A stretch of DNA of 64,000 bases from a virus (IMGVR_UViG_3300019872_000002:13186-77185); one strand, 5' to 3'. Positions 1 through 9,490 are shown, counted from the stretch's first letter. Program-made: numbers and translations. Notes: generated by a model from the sequence alone, not told the origin.

Positions 1-93
1 CGCATGATGCAATGGTCGATGTTAGTGCATGTGCTGAATCATTTTTTGAATTAGTAAAGAGAGGTGTTATTGTTTTACCGCAAGAAATATAAT
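1..93 (+). CDS. 3' end of a hypothetical protein truncated by the window edge
   Basis: Open frame from base 1 to TAA at 91-93, next ATG at 95. Confidence 0.5.
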
Positions 94-94
94 C

Positions 95-508
95 ATGAGT
101 AAATTAGAGATAACAGAAGACTACTGGAAAGAACTTGACCCTTCATTATTCAATGATAATGTAAAACAGACACATTGTGACACAAGAGATTTTTATTGCA
201 CTTTTAATACTACAGACCTTTTTATTGTAAAAGACTTGTCTGTACTTTTAAAGTATAAAAATCAATTCTTCTTTACTATAGAAGAGGTATATGAACTTTT
301 AAAAAGATTGTACATCGAAAGTGGTGGAAAAAATAAATGGCGTATGCTTTCTTTTAAGCATGATGGTAGCTGGTTTAAATATTTCCGAATATATAGAACT
401 GATCACGGATATGTAGTAGGTACAAGCTTTAGGGAAAATCATAAGTTTTATAGAAAACCTTTCTTTGAAGGTGCCATTGTAGAACAAGAATATTTATCAG
501 CACATTAA
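95..508 (+). CDS. hypothetical phage protein
   Basis: 137-aa ORF, tightly packed with neighbours. Confidence 0.7.
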   Translation: MSKLEITEDYWKELDPSLFNDNVKQTHCDTRDFYCTFNTTDLFIVKDLSVLLKYKNQFFFTIEEVYELLKRLYIESGGKNKWRMLSFKHDGSWFKYFRIYRTDHGYVVGTSFRENHKFYRKPFFEGAIVEQEYLSAH

Positions 509-510
509 TT

Positions 511-1632
511 ATGGATCTATTTAGCCAATTCGCAAGCCAGTTCAAGCCGAAGGAGGAACCCAAGGCTGAACCAAAAGAAAAGACCACGCAAGAGATACGC
601 GACCGTAATGATCGATATGAGGCGTATAGGAAGGCTTACAAGGAGCCAATTTCTATGAAAGCGTTCATAGCCTTAGAGGAAAGAGAAAATGCAGTAGAAG
701 GTTTAGAATCAATGAGCCAATTTGAGAAGAAGCAACGTAGGCTTGCTGACAAACAAAGACTACCAACAGACATTGAAAAATTTGAGATAGTTATTGATTC
801 TATTGATGAGCAAGGAAACGCCCTAACAGAGCGTATGGAACCAATTAAAGAACATATAGCTTTCCACCCTGCTATATCTCACGTTAATTGTTCGCCTAAT
901 ATTACCCCCGAGACTGTTCAAGCCATCAATCAAATTGCAGAGAAGGTAATTGAGTATTCAAACATGCCAGAGGGCTTAAAAGACCTTCAAAAGCTAAACG
1001 GTATAAATAACCATGATGACTTGGTTGTTGAGCCCTTGCTCGATGAACCTGTAACCTTTGAACAGTTGGACGAACCAATTGTAAAAGAGAAAAAGATAAG
1101 GGTGTTCAAGAAAGACTTTCCTACACCTGAGCGTACACAAACGGTAAAGCAACGAGCGTATGTTGGCATTGATAACGGGGTGTCAGGATCAGTGGGAATT
1201 ATCTATGAGGACGGAACTTACGAGTTCTTTGTTACTCCAGTTAAAAAGGAACAGGACTACACCAAAGCAAAAAAGCTAATCAATCGTGTACAGCCTTTGG
1301 AACTAGCTGAGTTATTTAAATACGTTGGTGAAGGATCAATGGTTATGATTGAACGTCCAATGATCAATTCTACAAGGTTTAATGCCTCTATGAGTGCAAT
1401 ACGCTGCTTTGAGGCGACTATTACCATTCTTGAAACGTTAGGACTACCCTATCAGGTAGAAGACTCTAAAGCCTGGCAAAAAGCCTTATTGCCAATAGGC
1501 ATTAGCGGAGACGACTTAAAGAAAGCCTCGAAAGATGTTGGCAATCGCTTATTCCCAAATACTAAGTTAATTCTGCATCCTGATTGTGATGGGATGTTGA
1601 TAGCAAATTATTGCAAATCTAAACACAGATAA
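511..1632 (+). CDS. RuvC-like Holliday junction resolvase domain with long N-terminal extension
   Basis: C-terminal YVGIDNG...VMIERP...CDGMLIA has the RuvC D/E/D acidic pattern. Confidence 0.75.
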   Translation: MDLFSQFASQFKPKEEPKAEPKEKTTQEIRDRNDRYEAYRKAYKEPISMKAFIALEERENAVEGLESMSQFEKKQRRLADKQRLPTDIEKFEIVIDSIDEQGNALTERMEPIKEHIAFHPAISHVNCSPNITPETVQAINQIAEKVIEYSNMPEGLKDLQKLNGINNHDDLVVEPLLDEPVTFEQLDEPIVKEKKIRVFKKDFPTPERTQTVKQRAYVGIDNGVSGSVGIIYEDGTYEFFVTPVKKEQDYTKAKKLINRVQPLELAELFKYVGEGSMVMIERPMINSTRFNASMSAIRCFEATITILETLGLPYQVEDSKAWQKALLPIGISGDDLKKASKDVGNRLFPNTKLILHPDCDGMLIANYCKSKHR

Positions 1633-1634
1633 CC

Positions 1635-1925
1635 ATGGACAGAAAAACAAAAGTTAAATTAAAATTTATCAATTGGTTCTTCAATTTATTTCCTGATAAA
1701 TATTGTTGGGCTGACTGCGTATCTTGGGCTTATTCAAATCGCATCAATCCTTTTAAAATATCCTCATCATTGCCGTGCAAAATAGAGAGTAAAGAGCATG
1801 AACACAATCTATGCTATTGCGGTGGATGGACTAATGGCAAATGTTATCACACTTTGCCTAAAATTGAAAAAGATAGAATACAAGCTGAAATTGATGCCCA
1901 ACCCGATCATCCTTTGCCTTTTTAA
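1635..1925 (+). CDS. Cys-rich hypothetical protein
   Basis: 96-aa ORF in tandem array. Confidence 0.65.
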   Translation: MDRKTKVKLKFINWFFNLFPDKYCWADCVSWAYSNRINPFKISSSLPCKIESKEHEHNLCYCGGWTNGKCYHTLPKIEKDRIQAEIDAQPDHPLPF

Positions 1926-1927
1926 TC

Positions 1928-2101
1928 ATGACCGACAACAAAGAACTCCGACCAGAAGCAAAGTACAACATGGAAAGCTTCTACCAGCCTCTTTTCAATC
2001 TGATGAATGAAGAGTATGGCCTACTACTTCTTAACGAAGAAATGCGAGAGATAATCGATGTGGTAAACAAAATGCAAGGCTATGTACCACCTCAAAACTA
2101 A
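1928..2101 (+). CDS. small hypothetical protein (57 aa, not in ORF track)
   Basis: ATG 1928 to TAA 2101, MTDNKELRPEAKYNMESFYQPLF..., fills the gap exactly. Confidence 0.6.
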   Translation: MTDNKELRPEAKYNMESFYQPLFNLMNEEYGLLLLNEEMREIIDVVNKMQGYVPPQN

Positions 2102-2106
2102 ACGAT

Positions 2107-2469
2107 ATGAAAGCAGTAAAAGTTAAAGTACTCGCAATAGAGACATCCAATAAGCCTGTATTGGTTGATGAAACAAAACCTGACAAACGTTATACTTTAG
2201 GCTATCGGAAAACAGGGAACAAAATAGCCAGAATAGTAGTCAATACTACACTGATCACTTCCTATAGTCCTGAGTTAAGATTAGGCGCTATAGTTCTAGT
2301 GAGTGGCTTTGGAAAAATGAGAGTTATTGATATACAAAAAGATGGGGATATCAGGCTAATCAATATTGAACGGTCTTTTGTGGAAACGTACAAAATATCA
2401 CTAAAATTAGATGAATATGTTGATGTAGCTCCGTTGGGTTTTATGTATTCGGAAGGGTCAAGCAGATGA
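2107..2469 (+). CDS. hypothetical protein
   Basis: 120-aa ORF. Confidence 0.65.
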   Translation: MKAVKVKVLAIETSNKPVLVDETKPDKRYTLGYRKTGNKIARIVVNTTLITSYSPELRLGAIVLVSGFGKMRVIDIQKDGDIRLINIERSFVETYKISLKLDEYVDVAPLGFMYSEGSSR

Positions 2470-2627
2470 CATACAAACCCAAAAATCGGCCATATACGCC
2501 CCTTTTAGCTTTGCAAATAGCCAAGCAGGAGGAAAGAATCAAAGCGTGTACATTGAACGCGTACATAACCAGACTATGCAAGCCGGATAAAGTCGGAACC
2601 TTTTACTCTAACCACTTCAAGAAATGA
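2466..2627 (+). CDS. small hypothetical protein (53 aa, not in ORF track)
   Basis: ATGA overlaps with both neighbours. Confidence 0.55.
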   Translation: MTYKPKNRPYTPLLALQIAKQEERIKACTLNAYITRLCKPDKVGTFYSNHFKK

Positions 2628-2866
2628 AAACAGCTATTATAATAATGACGATTAACGTATTTGTATTAGGCTTTGCTTGTGGTGTATTCTTAGAAAGACG
2701 AAGTACTAATCATAATCCCATCAAGCTTAATTTAAGACTCAACCGGGGAGTTTTATATCTGAACGGTAAACTTATACTCCCGGATAGTATCGACACGCTA
2801 CAGCCCATCAAAAACCAGCCTACCAAGAGAGAAATAACTTATTATTCAACCTTAATTTATAGATAA
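2624..2866 (+). CDS. small membrane-anchored protein
   Basis: Hydrophobic N-terminus MKTAIIIMTINVFVLGFACGVFL. Confidence 0.6.
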   Translation: MKTAIIIMTINVFVLGFACGVFLERRSTNHNPIKLNLRLNRGVLYLNGKLILPDSIDTLQPIKNQPTKREITYYSTLIYR

Positions 2867-2867
2867 C

Positions 2868-3077
2868 ATGGGACTACAAAGAGAGAAGAAATACATCATC
2901 GAAAGAAGTATTGATCAGATACATTGGAAACACATTGCTTCGTTTGAGGAAGGTCAGCCGTCTAGGTGGGGTAATCCTTTTGATCAAGATACGGCCTTAG
3001 CTGAGGCTATTGGTTACAGAGATAGAAAAAGAGAATCCCAACAAAAAGAATTTGTAAGAGTAATTATAGAACTATAA
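2868..3077 (+). CDS. hypothetical protein
   Basis: 69-aa ORF, tight packing. Confidence 0.6.
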   Translation: MGLQREKKYIIERSIDQIHWKHIASFEEGQPSRWGNPFDQDTALAEAIGYRDRKRESQQKEFVRVIIEL

Positions 3078-3081
3078 GGCT

Positions 3082-3357
3082 ATGACAGAAGAAGATTTAA
3101 AAAAGCTACATCAAGCTACGAAAATAAAAGGCTCTCAATCTAAAATTAAAGCCCAAATAGAAGGCATCAAAAAATGTTATCTTCTGCAGCTAGTCGGTCG
3201 AGATGAAGATAATAGCCGTTTCCAATTCGATATCCAGGCAAAGGAGTTCAATGGTTCAAATATCATGGAATGGGAAGCTAAACAGTTTATCGACAAATAC
3301 ATCAACCATTTGGAGTGCAGGTTAATTGAATTACAATCACAATTTGACAACTTATGA
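3082..3357 (+). CDS. hypothetical protein
   Basis: 91-aa ORF. Confidence 0.6.
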   Translation: MTEEDLKKLHQATKIKGSQSKIKAQIEGIKKCYLLQLVGRDEDNSRFQFDIQAKEFNGSNIMEWEAKQFIDKYINHLECRLIELQSQFDNL

Positions 3358-3611
3358 AAACATTTGAAGTAGCCTACGTAGGCATTAAAACAGTACTGTC
3401 GCAGGATTTGCAGACGCTCAAAGAGAGTTATTCTTACGAGAACTATCCTAACAGGGATGAACTACCGGAAGCCTTTATAGACGAGGAAACCGATGAAGAA
3501 TTTGAGGTCATTGGTTTTGACGAAGGAACAGGTATCCCTATCGTTGAAGGTGATGCCTACTCTGTTGACGAAGAAGGTTGTTATTCACTTAAAACAGATG
3601 AAGATGCCTAA
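3354..3611 (+). CDS. acidic hypothetical protein
   Basis: 85-aa ORF, ATGA overlap with upstream gene. Confidence 0.6.
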   Translation: MKTFEVAYVGIKTVLSQDLQTLKESYSYENYPNRDELPEAFIDEETDEEFEVIGFDEGTGIPIVEGDAYSVDEEGCYSLKTDEDA

Positions 3612-3816
3612 ATGTAGAAAATGTAGTTCAGTACGCTGGACTGTAATAAGCAAAACAAAATTCGGTCAAGGAGATAGCTCTACCGACACTTATGTTCAAT
3701 GTGACGACTGTGACAATACTTCGGTACATGTCACTATTCACGGTTTCCCAACGACTTATGATATCGTGAGAGAGGTTCAAGATGATTATACTAAAGATAA
3801 TAGTTATGATATGTAA
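3604..3816 (+). CDS. small zinc-ribbon protein
   Basis: MPKCRKC...QCDDC has two CxxC pairs; start placed at ATG 3604. Confidence 0.6.
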   Translation: MPKCRKCSSVRWTVISKTKFGQGDSSTDTYVQCDDCDNTSVHVTIHGFPTTYDIVREVQDDYTKDNSYDM

Positions 3817-4189
3817 ATATTACGACTCTAAAACCAATACTTACAATCTGATGCAGCAGTTGCAGGATATGGCTGATGCAAGAGACAGGAATCCTGACCG
3901 TAAGCCTCCTAAAATGTATTATAACTATGCTCAACAAAAATGTTATGAGGAAGCATCGGTTATCCCTCCTCTTAAAGTATTTCTTGGCTGGACTCCAATG
4001 AAGGAGTGGATAGGTAAGTGTGAGCCATTCATACCTTCTCCAAAAATAAGATGGATATATCCAGTATCATACATTACATCAGAGGTAGATAGGTATCTAA
4101 GCGAAATGAATTTATCTTATGTTGAATTTAGAAAAAGATGTCATGAAATTTTAGGAATACCAAAAGGAAAGGAAGGCGATGAAATTTAA
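3806..4189 (+). CDS. hypothetical protein
   Basis: ORF 3782-4189 of the track, start shifted to ATG 3806. Confidence 0.6.
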   Translation: MICKYYDSKTNTYNLMQQLQDMADARDRNPDRKPPKMYYNYAQQKCYEEASVIPPLKVFLGWTPMKEWIGKCEPFIPSPKIRWIYPVSYITSEVDRYLSEMNLSYVEFRKRCHEILGIPKGKEGDEI

Positions 4190-4424
4190 TACTATCCCTA
4201 TAACTCATACTCAAATATTATTTTTCTCAGAGTATATAACGGAACTTAAAAAGCTTGGGAATAAAAAAGAATTCGCCTCTGTAATAGTTCCTCATCCTAT
4301 GAAACAACGAGCTTATATTATGGAGACACCCAGTGAATCTTCTATGTTTTTTGGCATTAAGATAACGTTCAGATACGATATGCATTTACAAGACTATGTA
4401 CTTTATAAAATGGAGGAAATGTAG
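4179..4424 (+). CDS. hypothetical protein
   Basis: 81-aa ORF. Confidence 0.55.
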   Translation: MKFNTIPITHTQILFFSEYITELKKLGNKKEFASVIVPHPMKQRAYIMETPSESSMFFGIKITFRYDMHLQDYVLYKMEEM

Positions 4425-4425
4425 T

Positions 4426-4914
4426 ATGGAACGTAAATTAAAGATATGTGGCCTGTGTGGCCTTGAAAAATTAATCTGGAAAGCCAAGACAAGAGACTCG
4501 CCGATGATGTGCAAGGAATGCTACCAGAACCAGCCTAAATCAAACAACGCTGTTCTTGCCGGTTTGGAATCTCTGCGTGAAGCACAACGATTAAAAGATT
4601 CTAATCCACGTCCTACGTTCGATTTAAAGCAGTCAAAACAAAAACCTATAGCAAAGGTCAGCTCCAAACAGTTAGAACGTTTAAAGGTGTATAGTACGGC
4701 TAAAAAGGAATACTTCGCTGATCACCCACGTTGCGAGTTCCCAGGATGTTCATCATTAGAAAAAACACTACACCATATGTGCGGGCGTAACGGAGATTTA
4801 CTATTCAACAAAACATTCTTTAAAACACTATGTCCACGACATCATGAATGGGTTGAGCAACATCCCACATCCGCGAAAGAAATAGGTCTATCAGGCGACA
4901 GGTTGGATAAATAA
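4426..4914 (+). CDS. HNH-like endonuclease with N-terminal Zn finger
   Basis: CGLC..CKEC at N-terminus; CEFPGC...HH..GR...LCPRHH at C-terminus. Confidence 0.65.
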   Translation: MERKLKICGLCGLEKLIWKAKTRDSPMMCKECYQNQPKSNNAVLAGLESLREAQRLKDSNPRPTFDLKQSKQKPIAKVSSKQLERLKVYSTAKKEYFADHPRCEFPGCSSLEKTLHHMCGRNGDLLFNKTFFKTLCPRHHEWVEQHPTSAKEIGLSGDRLDK

Positions 4915-4923
4915 TATAACACC

Positions 4924-5379
4924 ATGAAAAATAAAAACGATAAAGGAATTGGCGTTTCTCAAAAAAATGCAGAAATACCCACTATAGTTGTCTTCGTAAA
5001 GATGATGGCGGTGATGGATCAGCCGATAGGATATGAAATGTACAGAAAAGCTTTGGATGAACATCCTGAGTATTTTCCAGAGGAAGTAGAGGAAGAGCGA
5101 AAATGGGCGGCTATCCCTCAAGATGTCAAAGATGCTTATTACGCAGAGAGTGATATTTGGGGATTATTCATGAAAGACCAGGAAATATTAGCCATAGTAG
5201 GTGAAGACCCGTATCCCAATCGCGGAGGCATCATAGACCGAGTAACCCATCAAGACGAAGAAAAAGGACGTTTGTATGCTTTACATGATGAATGGTCTAA
5301 AAAGTACTTTAAGCTTCAAGGAGAAAAACAAGACAAGCTTTACAACAAATATTTCAGTCAATACGGATTAACCAAATGA
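4924..5379 (+). CDS. hypothetical protein
   Basis: 151-aa ORF. Confidence 0.65.
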   Translation: MKNKNDKGIGVSQKNAEIPTIVVFVKMMAVMDQPIGYEMYRKALDEHPEYFPEEVEEERKWAAIPQDVKDAYYAESDIWGLFMKDQEILAIVGEDPYPNRGGIIDRVTHQDEEKGRLYALHDEWSKKYFKLQGEKQDKLYNKYFSQYGLTK

Positions 5380-5383
5380 TAAG

Positions 5384-5761
5384 ATGACCCCACGAGAAGA
5401 AAAAATAGACCGCATCATCAGGCATTGCCAGAACATAGCTGTCTTATGCGATGTGATGGACATAGAGCTTAGCCACGACTTAAGTGACTACCAATTCAAT
5501 GACCCTCGCTTAGGCAACCACAATCGCAGGATAAAGGAGAGCATAAACCAAATCAAGCTATCTTTGGCATCAAAGGTCAAGTCGCTTTCGTACGAGGACA
5601 CGAAATACAATCACGGAACCCAATTATGGCGTGTGTTCCGGTTCTTTAGTACGATGGAAACGAGTCAAGTGTCGCTTGTGATGGATGGCTACGAAGAGAT
5701 TGAAAGAAAAGCCAGGGAAGAAGCTAAACTTAATCAACATGCAGATAACATTCGGATATAA
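5384..5761 (+). CDS. hypothetical protein
   Basis: 125-aa ORF. Confidence 0.65.
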   Translation: MTPREEKIDRIIRHCQNIAVLCDVMDIELSHDLSDYQFNDPRLGNHNRRIKESINQIKLSLASKVKSLSYEDTKYNHGTQLWRVFRFFSTMETSQVSLVMDGYEEIERKAREEAKLNQHADNIRI

Positions 5762-6281
5762 ATTCACGCATAAAGACCTTATCCCTATTGCTTATCGTTG
5801 GGTACTTAAAAATGGTTCATGCGGTGTGGCTTTTAAAGAGCTTAATACGAACTGCATCAATGGGGAGTATCCTGATGTAATAGGCTTTGGTGCATGGGGT
5901 CACAGCGTCCTTATAGAGGTTAAAGTTAGTCGGTCTGACTTCTTATGTGACAAAAAGAAAACGTTCCGTAAACATCCTGAAAAAGGCATGGGTAGTGAAA
6001 GATTCTACATGTGTCCCTCTGGCCTCATAAAAAAAGAAGAACTACCTCTAGGATGGGGATTGATCTATGTTAATCCTGATGGGAAAGCCAAAGTTGTTGT
6101 CAAAAATGGAATTATGGTGCCTTACGGAATTAAAGCTGAACGTTTTATTGTTCACATACACGAGAAGAATATAAAGGCTGAACACGGGCTAATGTACTCA
6201 GCTCTTCGTAGACTCCATATTAAAGGCCATATCGACTCCATTTACGACAAGCAGTATAATTATAATCATAAGGAGGAATAA
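5739..6281 (+). CDS. PD-(D/E)XK nuclease-fold protein, MmcB-like
   Basis: PDVIGF...IEVKVSRSDFLCD motif followed by RFYMCP..LI...ELP.GWGL. Confidence 0.65.
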   Translation: MQITFGYKFTHKDLIPIAYRWVLKNGSCGVAFKELNTNCINGEYPDVIGFGAWGHSVLIEVKVSRSDFLCDKKKTFRKHPEKGMGSERFYMCPSGLIKKEELPLGWGLIYVNPDGKAKVVVKNGIMVPYGIKAERFIVHIHEKNIKAEHGLMYSALRRLHIKGHIDSIYDKQYNYNHKEE

Positions 6282-6282
6282 C

Positions 6283-6475
6283 ATGCAACCAATTAAAAAA
6301 AAAACTCACAGACGAATCCTTAATGCCTTACGGAGTGCATAAAGGAATCAAGATGGCTAATGTGCCTGCAAGCTATTTACTTTGGCTCTTCGACAACAAC
6401 AAGTCGTCCGGCCAAGTAACGGTCTACATTCATGAGAACATGGATGCTTTAAGAAAAGAAGCGAGACAGAAATAA
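6283..6475 (+). pseudogene. DUF3820-like small protein, frameshifted in an A10 tract (or intact from ATG 6323)
   Basis: ...LTDESLMPYGVHKG..MANVPASYLLWL is out of frame with ATG 6283 by one A in the run 6295-6304. Confidence 0.55.
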
Positions 6476-6502
6476 ATTCACAAACAACATAATCAAAATA
6501 CA

Positions 6503-6874
6503 ATGAGCAACTCAAGACTTTCAGTGAAACTGAACCTTGCTACACTAAAGTGCGTAGTCAAGCCACAAACAAATAAAGCAGGACAACAGGTAGACTGCCT
6601 TATCATTCCTATCGATGTGAATAACATATTCAGAGGTGAGAAAGGAGGAATGTACCTAGACCTAACAGCCTTTCCTATTGACCCTACTAAACGTCATGCA
6701 GATAGCAAAGATAGTCACTTGGTAAAACAGATCTTTCCCAAGGAGGTTTACGAAAAATGGACTGAGGAAGAGAAAAAAGCACAGCCTATAGTAGGTAATG
6801 TAATCACTTGGGATGGCGCACCTGCAGAAGTTGCGGCAACAGTTCTTAAAGAAGAGGACGATCTTCCTTGGTAA
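6503..6874 (+). CDS. putative single-stranded DNA-binding protein
   Basis: Beta-rich body and acidic C-terminal tail EEDDLPW typical of SSBs. Confidence 0.6.
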   Translation: MSNSRLSVKLNLATLKCVVKPQTNKAGQQVDCLIIPIDVNNIFRGEKGGMYLDLTAFPIDPTKRHADSKDSHLVKQIFPKEVYEKWTEEEKKAQPIVGNVITWDGAPAEVAATVLKEEDDLPW

Positions 6875-6883
6875 ATTCACCCG

Positions 6884-6915
6884 CACTCTATCAATCGGTA
6901 GGGTGCTTAACTTTT
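6884..6915 (+). terminator. putative intrinsic terminator after SSB-like gene
   Basis: GCACTCTA/TAGGGTGC stem followed by TTAACTTTT. Confidence 0.4.
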
Positions 6916-6920
6916 AAATT

Positions 6921-7154
6921 ATGAAGTATTCAAAGCCAAAAGTAACAATAGACTTAGATGAATATAACGAGCTAAAAAAGATACAACATTCTATTCGTGA
7001 TAAAGGGCTTGACATCTTAACTAGATGGATTGTATATAATCATCAAGATATTATTAAAGAAGTCACTGAGGAGCTTTACAAATATAACCTTGAGATTTAT
7101 ATGGATGCCCAATCTGACCGTTATTCAATAAGATCACCTAAAGATAAACCATAA
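6921..7154 (+). CDS. hypothetical protein
   Basis: 77-aa ORF. Confidence 0.6.
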   Translation: MKYSKPKVTIDLDEYNELKKIQHSIRDKGLDILTRWIVYNHQDIIKEVTEELYKYNLEIYMDAQSDRYSIRSPKDKP

Positions 7155-7417
7155 TGAAATTTGATATCCCTAAAAGAGGCAATAAGCCCTCACACTTAAG
7201 CGAAACAGCAAAGCAAGTCGCTTTACACTCAAAACTAAAACAACTCAGCATAGCGGATATAAAGGCTCTTCTTGACGAAAGCCAAGCGGCCATGGCTGAT
7301 GCAGAGGCTATAACATATGATCCTATTGAATATGAGAAGTGGTACACGCGCTTTAACCATCTGCAAGATGAGATAAAAAGCAGAGCTACTCATCTGTTTT
7401 ACGAATATGAAAGCTAA
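7154..7417 (+). CDS. hypothetical protein
   Basis: 87-aa ORF. Confidence 0.6.
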   Translation: MKFDIPKRGNKPSHLSETAKQVALHSKLKQLSIADIKALLDESQAAMADAEAITYDPIEYEKWYTRFNHLQDEIKSRATHLFYEYES

Positions 7418-7721
7418 TGAAATGGAAAAGGACATGTACATCCCTGAAGCACTTGATTGGGTTACCTGGCTATTGATTGCCATTACCCTTGCGATATTAA
7501 TTAACAGAATCTATTTACACTTTAAAACATACGGAATGAGCAGACTTCCCCGACACGAGAGGCACACTCACTTTTGGATACAGGATAAGGTATTGCATGA
7601 ATCTTACACAACAGAAAGAGGAATGAGGAGCATGCCTATCATGTCAGTGCCTGATTTTGAGGATACGGATGATTGTGATGCAGAATGCCTAGCCAAAATC
7701 GAAGAGATATGTCACAAATAA
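7407..7721 (+). CDS. membrane-anchored hypothetical protein
   Basis: TM segment WVTWLLIAITLAILI. Confidence 0.6.
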   Translation: MKANEMEKDMYIPEALDWVTWLLIAITLAILINRIYLHFKTYGMSRLPRHERHTHFWIQDKVLHESYTTERGMRSMPIMSVPDFEDTDDCDAECLAKIEEICHK

Positions 7722-7999
7722 AAGCTACCGACTTAGTTGAAAATCAAAGAAGCATTACAGAGGTATACAGTAGGCTTTGCACGGTCAGCAACAACATACC
7801 CGATTACGACCCGGACAAGAAAGGATTTGACATGTGTTTAATGCTCTTGAAGGAAGAATTAGCCGACTGTTGGTATGTTAACCAGCTTCATCAAATTAAA
7901 CGCTTAGAACTCAAGAATGACAAGCTGAAATTGGAAAACAACGATCTCAAAGAAGACAAAGCGGTATTGCTAAGAAGAATCAAATTATTAACAACTTAA
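7709..7999 (+). CDS. coiled-coil hypothetical protein
   Basis: Heptad-like C-terminus; start shifted to ATG 7709. Confidence 0.6.
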   Translation: MSQIKATDLVENQRSITEVYSRLCTVSNNIPDYDPDKKGFDMCLMLLKEELADCWYVNQLHQIKRLELKNDKLKLENNDLKEDKAVLLRRIKLLTT

Positions 8000-8002
8000 A
8001 AT

Positions 8003-8200
8003 ATGAAAACAGGAACAGAATTAATGGCGCTAGACCATAACTCGCTAGTAGAACATGCTTTAGATTTGCAGGACAGACTATTAAAAGCTACTCAGAACTT
8101 AGGTCATCCGGCTTATGGTTTGAGTTCATCCACAACATTTGGCATTGATGAACTCAGAGAAGAGTTGTTTGACTTTCTTGAAGTACCTAAAAAAGATTAG
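8003..8200 (+). CDS. hypothetical protein
   Basis: 65-aa ORF. Confidence 0.55.
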   Translation: MKTGTELMALDHNSLVEHALDLQDRLLKATQNLGHPAYGLSSSTTFGIDELREELFDFLEVPKKD

Positions 8201-8202
8201 TT

Positions 8203-8403
8203 ATGAACCCAGCAGCAGGATTAGTACAAACATTTATTATCATCATTGCATTAGCGTGTGTTTTGGTTGGCGCAGTCACATTTGGTATTACTAAACTTTC
8301 ACAACCAAAAGAATTGGTAGTTAAGAAAAAATTAGTACCAGATATACGTCTTACTACTGACGGTAAAAAAGTGGATACAGTATTCGTTTACAAAATTAGA
8401 TAA
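8203..8403 (+). CDS. small membrane protein
   Basis: N-terminal TM helix then KKLVPDIRL..DGKKVDTVFVY. Confidence 0.6.
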   Translation: MNPAAGLVQTFIIIIALACVLVGAVTFGITKLSQPKELVVKKKLVPDIRLTTDGKKVDTVFVYKIR

Positions 8404-8404
8404 A

Positions 8405-8608
8405 ATGGAAAAGGCTAAAGATTTAATACAAGAAATGCAAACTACTTATGAAAATAGTTCTATTACTAACGACGTAGATAGTTTAAAGTCGGATATCAAT
8501 AATACTCTTGTTACTTATCTCCCCGGTGATTTAACTGTTAACCAGTTTGAAGCAATAGCGGTTACAATAGTTCATATCATCACAAATCCAAAAGAATACT
8601 TAAAATAA
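8405..8608 (+). CDS. hypothetical protein
   Basis: 67-aa ORF. Confidence 0.55.
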   Translation: MEKAKDLIQEMQTTYENSSITNDVDSLKSDINNTLVTYLPGDLTVNQFEAIAVTIVHIITNPKEYLK

Positions 8609-8653
8609 TCACAATTAAAACCTTTCGGTAGTAGGTAAACCGTACAAACAATT

Positions 8654-8950
8654 ATGAGTAATATGAATTTAGATTTAGGCAAAGTCCCCACGATAGAGTC
8701 TACCACATTCTTTAACGATTTCCTAAATGCAATAGGAATAGAGCATGATGACATTAGAATGTCAATTAACCGTTTGGAATCTTTATTGAACCGAGTTCAA
8801 GATACTTCTGTACCTAAAGATGTTCAAAAAGAAAGCGAATATTCAAATGGGAATGACCTTATGAGTGCTTTAAAGAGACAATTAGAAACATCAACTGAAT
8901 TAAGACGTGATCTCCGTTCATTAGTAACTAAATCAGAAACACTTTTTTAA
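8654..8950 (+). CDS. coiled-coil hypothetical protein
   Basis: 98-aa ORF. Confidence 0.6.
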   Translation: MSNMNLDLGKVPTIESTTFFNDFLNAIGIEHDDIRMSINRLESLLNRVQDTSVPKDVQKESEYSNGNDLMSALKRQLETSTELRRDLRSLVTKSETLF

Positions 8951-8960
8951 ATAAACAACA

Positions 8961-9137
8961 ATGGAAAATTACAACAAGCTAAAACAACTGGTCAACGACA
9001 TTGAGATTGACGTAAACAAATTTGAAAGAGGTTCACGCGCTCCGGGAGCAAGAATCAGAAAGGCTATGCAGGAAGCTAAGGTACTAGCCCAGCAGATTAG
9101 GATTGAAGTGACTACCGCGATTAATAGTAAAAAATAG
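8961..9137 (+). CDS. histone H1-like (Hc1-type) nucleoid protein, 58 aa, not in ORF track
   Basis: MENYNKLKQLVNDIEIDVNKFERGSRAPGARIRKAMQEAKVLAQQIRIEV matches the recalled G..A.G.R.RK.MQ..K.LAQ..R pattern. Confidence 0.7.
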   Translation: MENYNKLKQLVNDIEIDVNKFERGSRAPGARIRKAMQEAKVLAQQIRIEVTTAINSKK

Positions 9138-9138
9138 A

Positions 9139-9405
9139 ATGCCGTTTTACATCAAGAAAAACGTTACGCCCATAGAAGCTAAGGAGCTAACGCAAACTAA
9201 TCGTGAAGAATTAATGGAATGGTGCTGTGGGAAGAAAGGATTAGATGGTTCTATTAGATTAAAAACTCCTGAAAGTGGAGAAGGCACTCAAAATGTTGTA
9301 ACCGGAGACTTTATTTTAAAAGGCTATAGTGAAGAAGAAGGATGGCACTTTTGGCCTGTAAAACCTAGTTACTTTCATGATAACTATAAAAAAGTAAACG
9401 AATAA
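9139..9405 (+). CDS. conserved hypothetical phage protein
   Basis: IEAKEL...LKTPE...GDFILKG...FWPVKP..F pattern often seen in phages. Confidence 0.65.
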   Translation: MPFYIKKNVTPIEAKELTQTNREELMEWCCGKKGLDGSIRLKTPESGEGTQNVVTGDFILKGYSEEEGWHFWPVKPSYFHDNYKKVNE

Positions 9406-9428
9406 TTTATCAATAAGATGTTTAACAG

Positions 9429-9461
9429 AACGCTTGGGAGGTAAGGTGCCCAAGCGTTTTT
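9429..9461. terminator. terminator between converging gene blocks
   Basis: Perfect 10-bp stem AACGCTTGGG/CCCAAGCGTT plus T-run. Confidence 0.75.
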
Positions 9462-9490
9462 AATTGTGGCAAATTCGCCATAGTTAGAAT

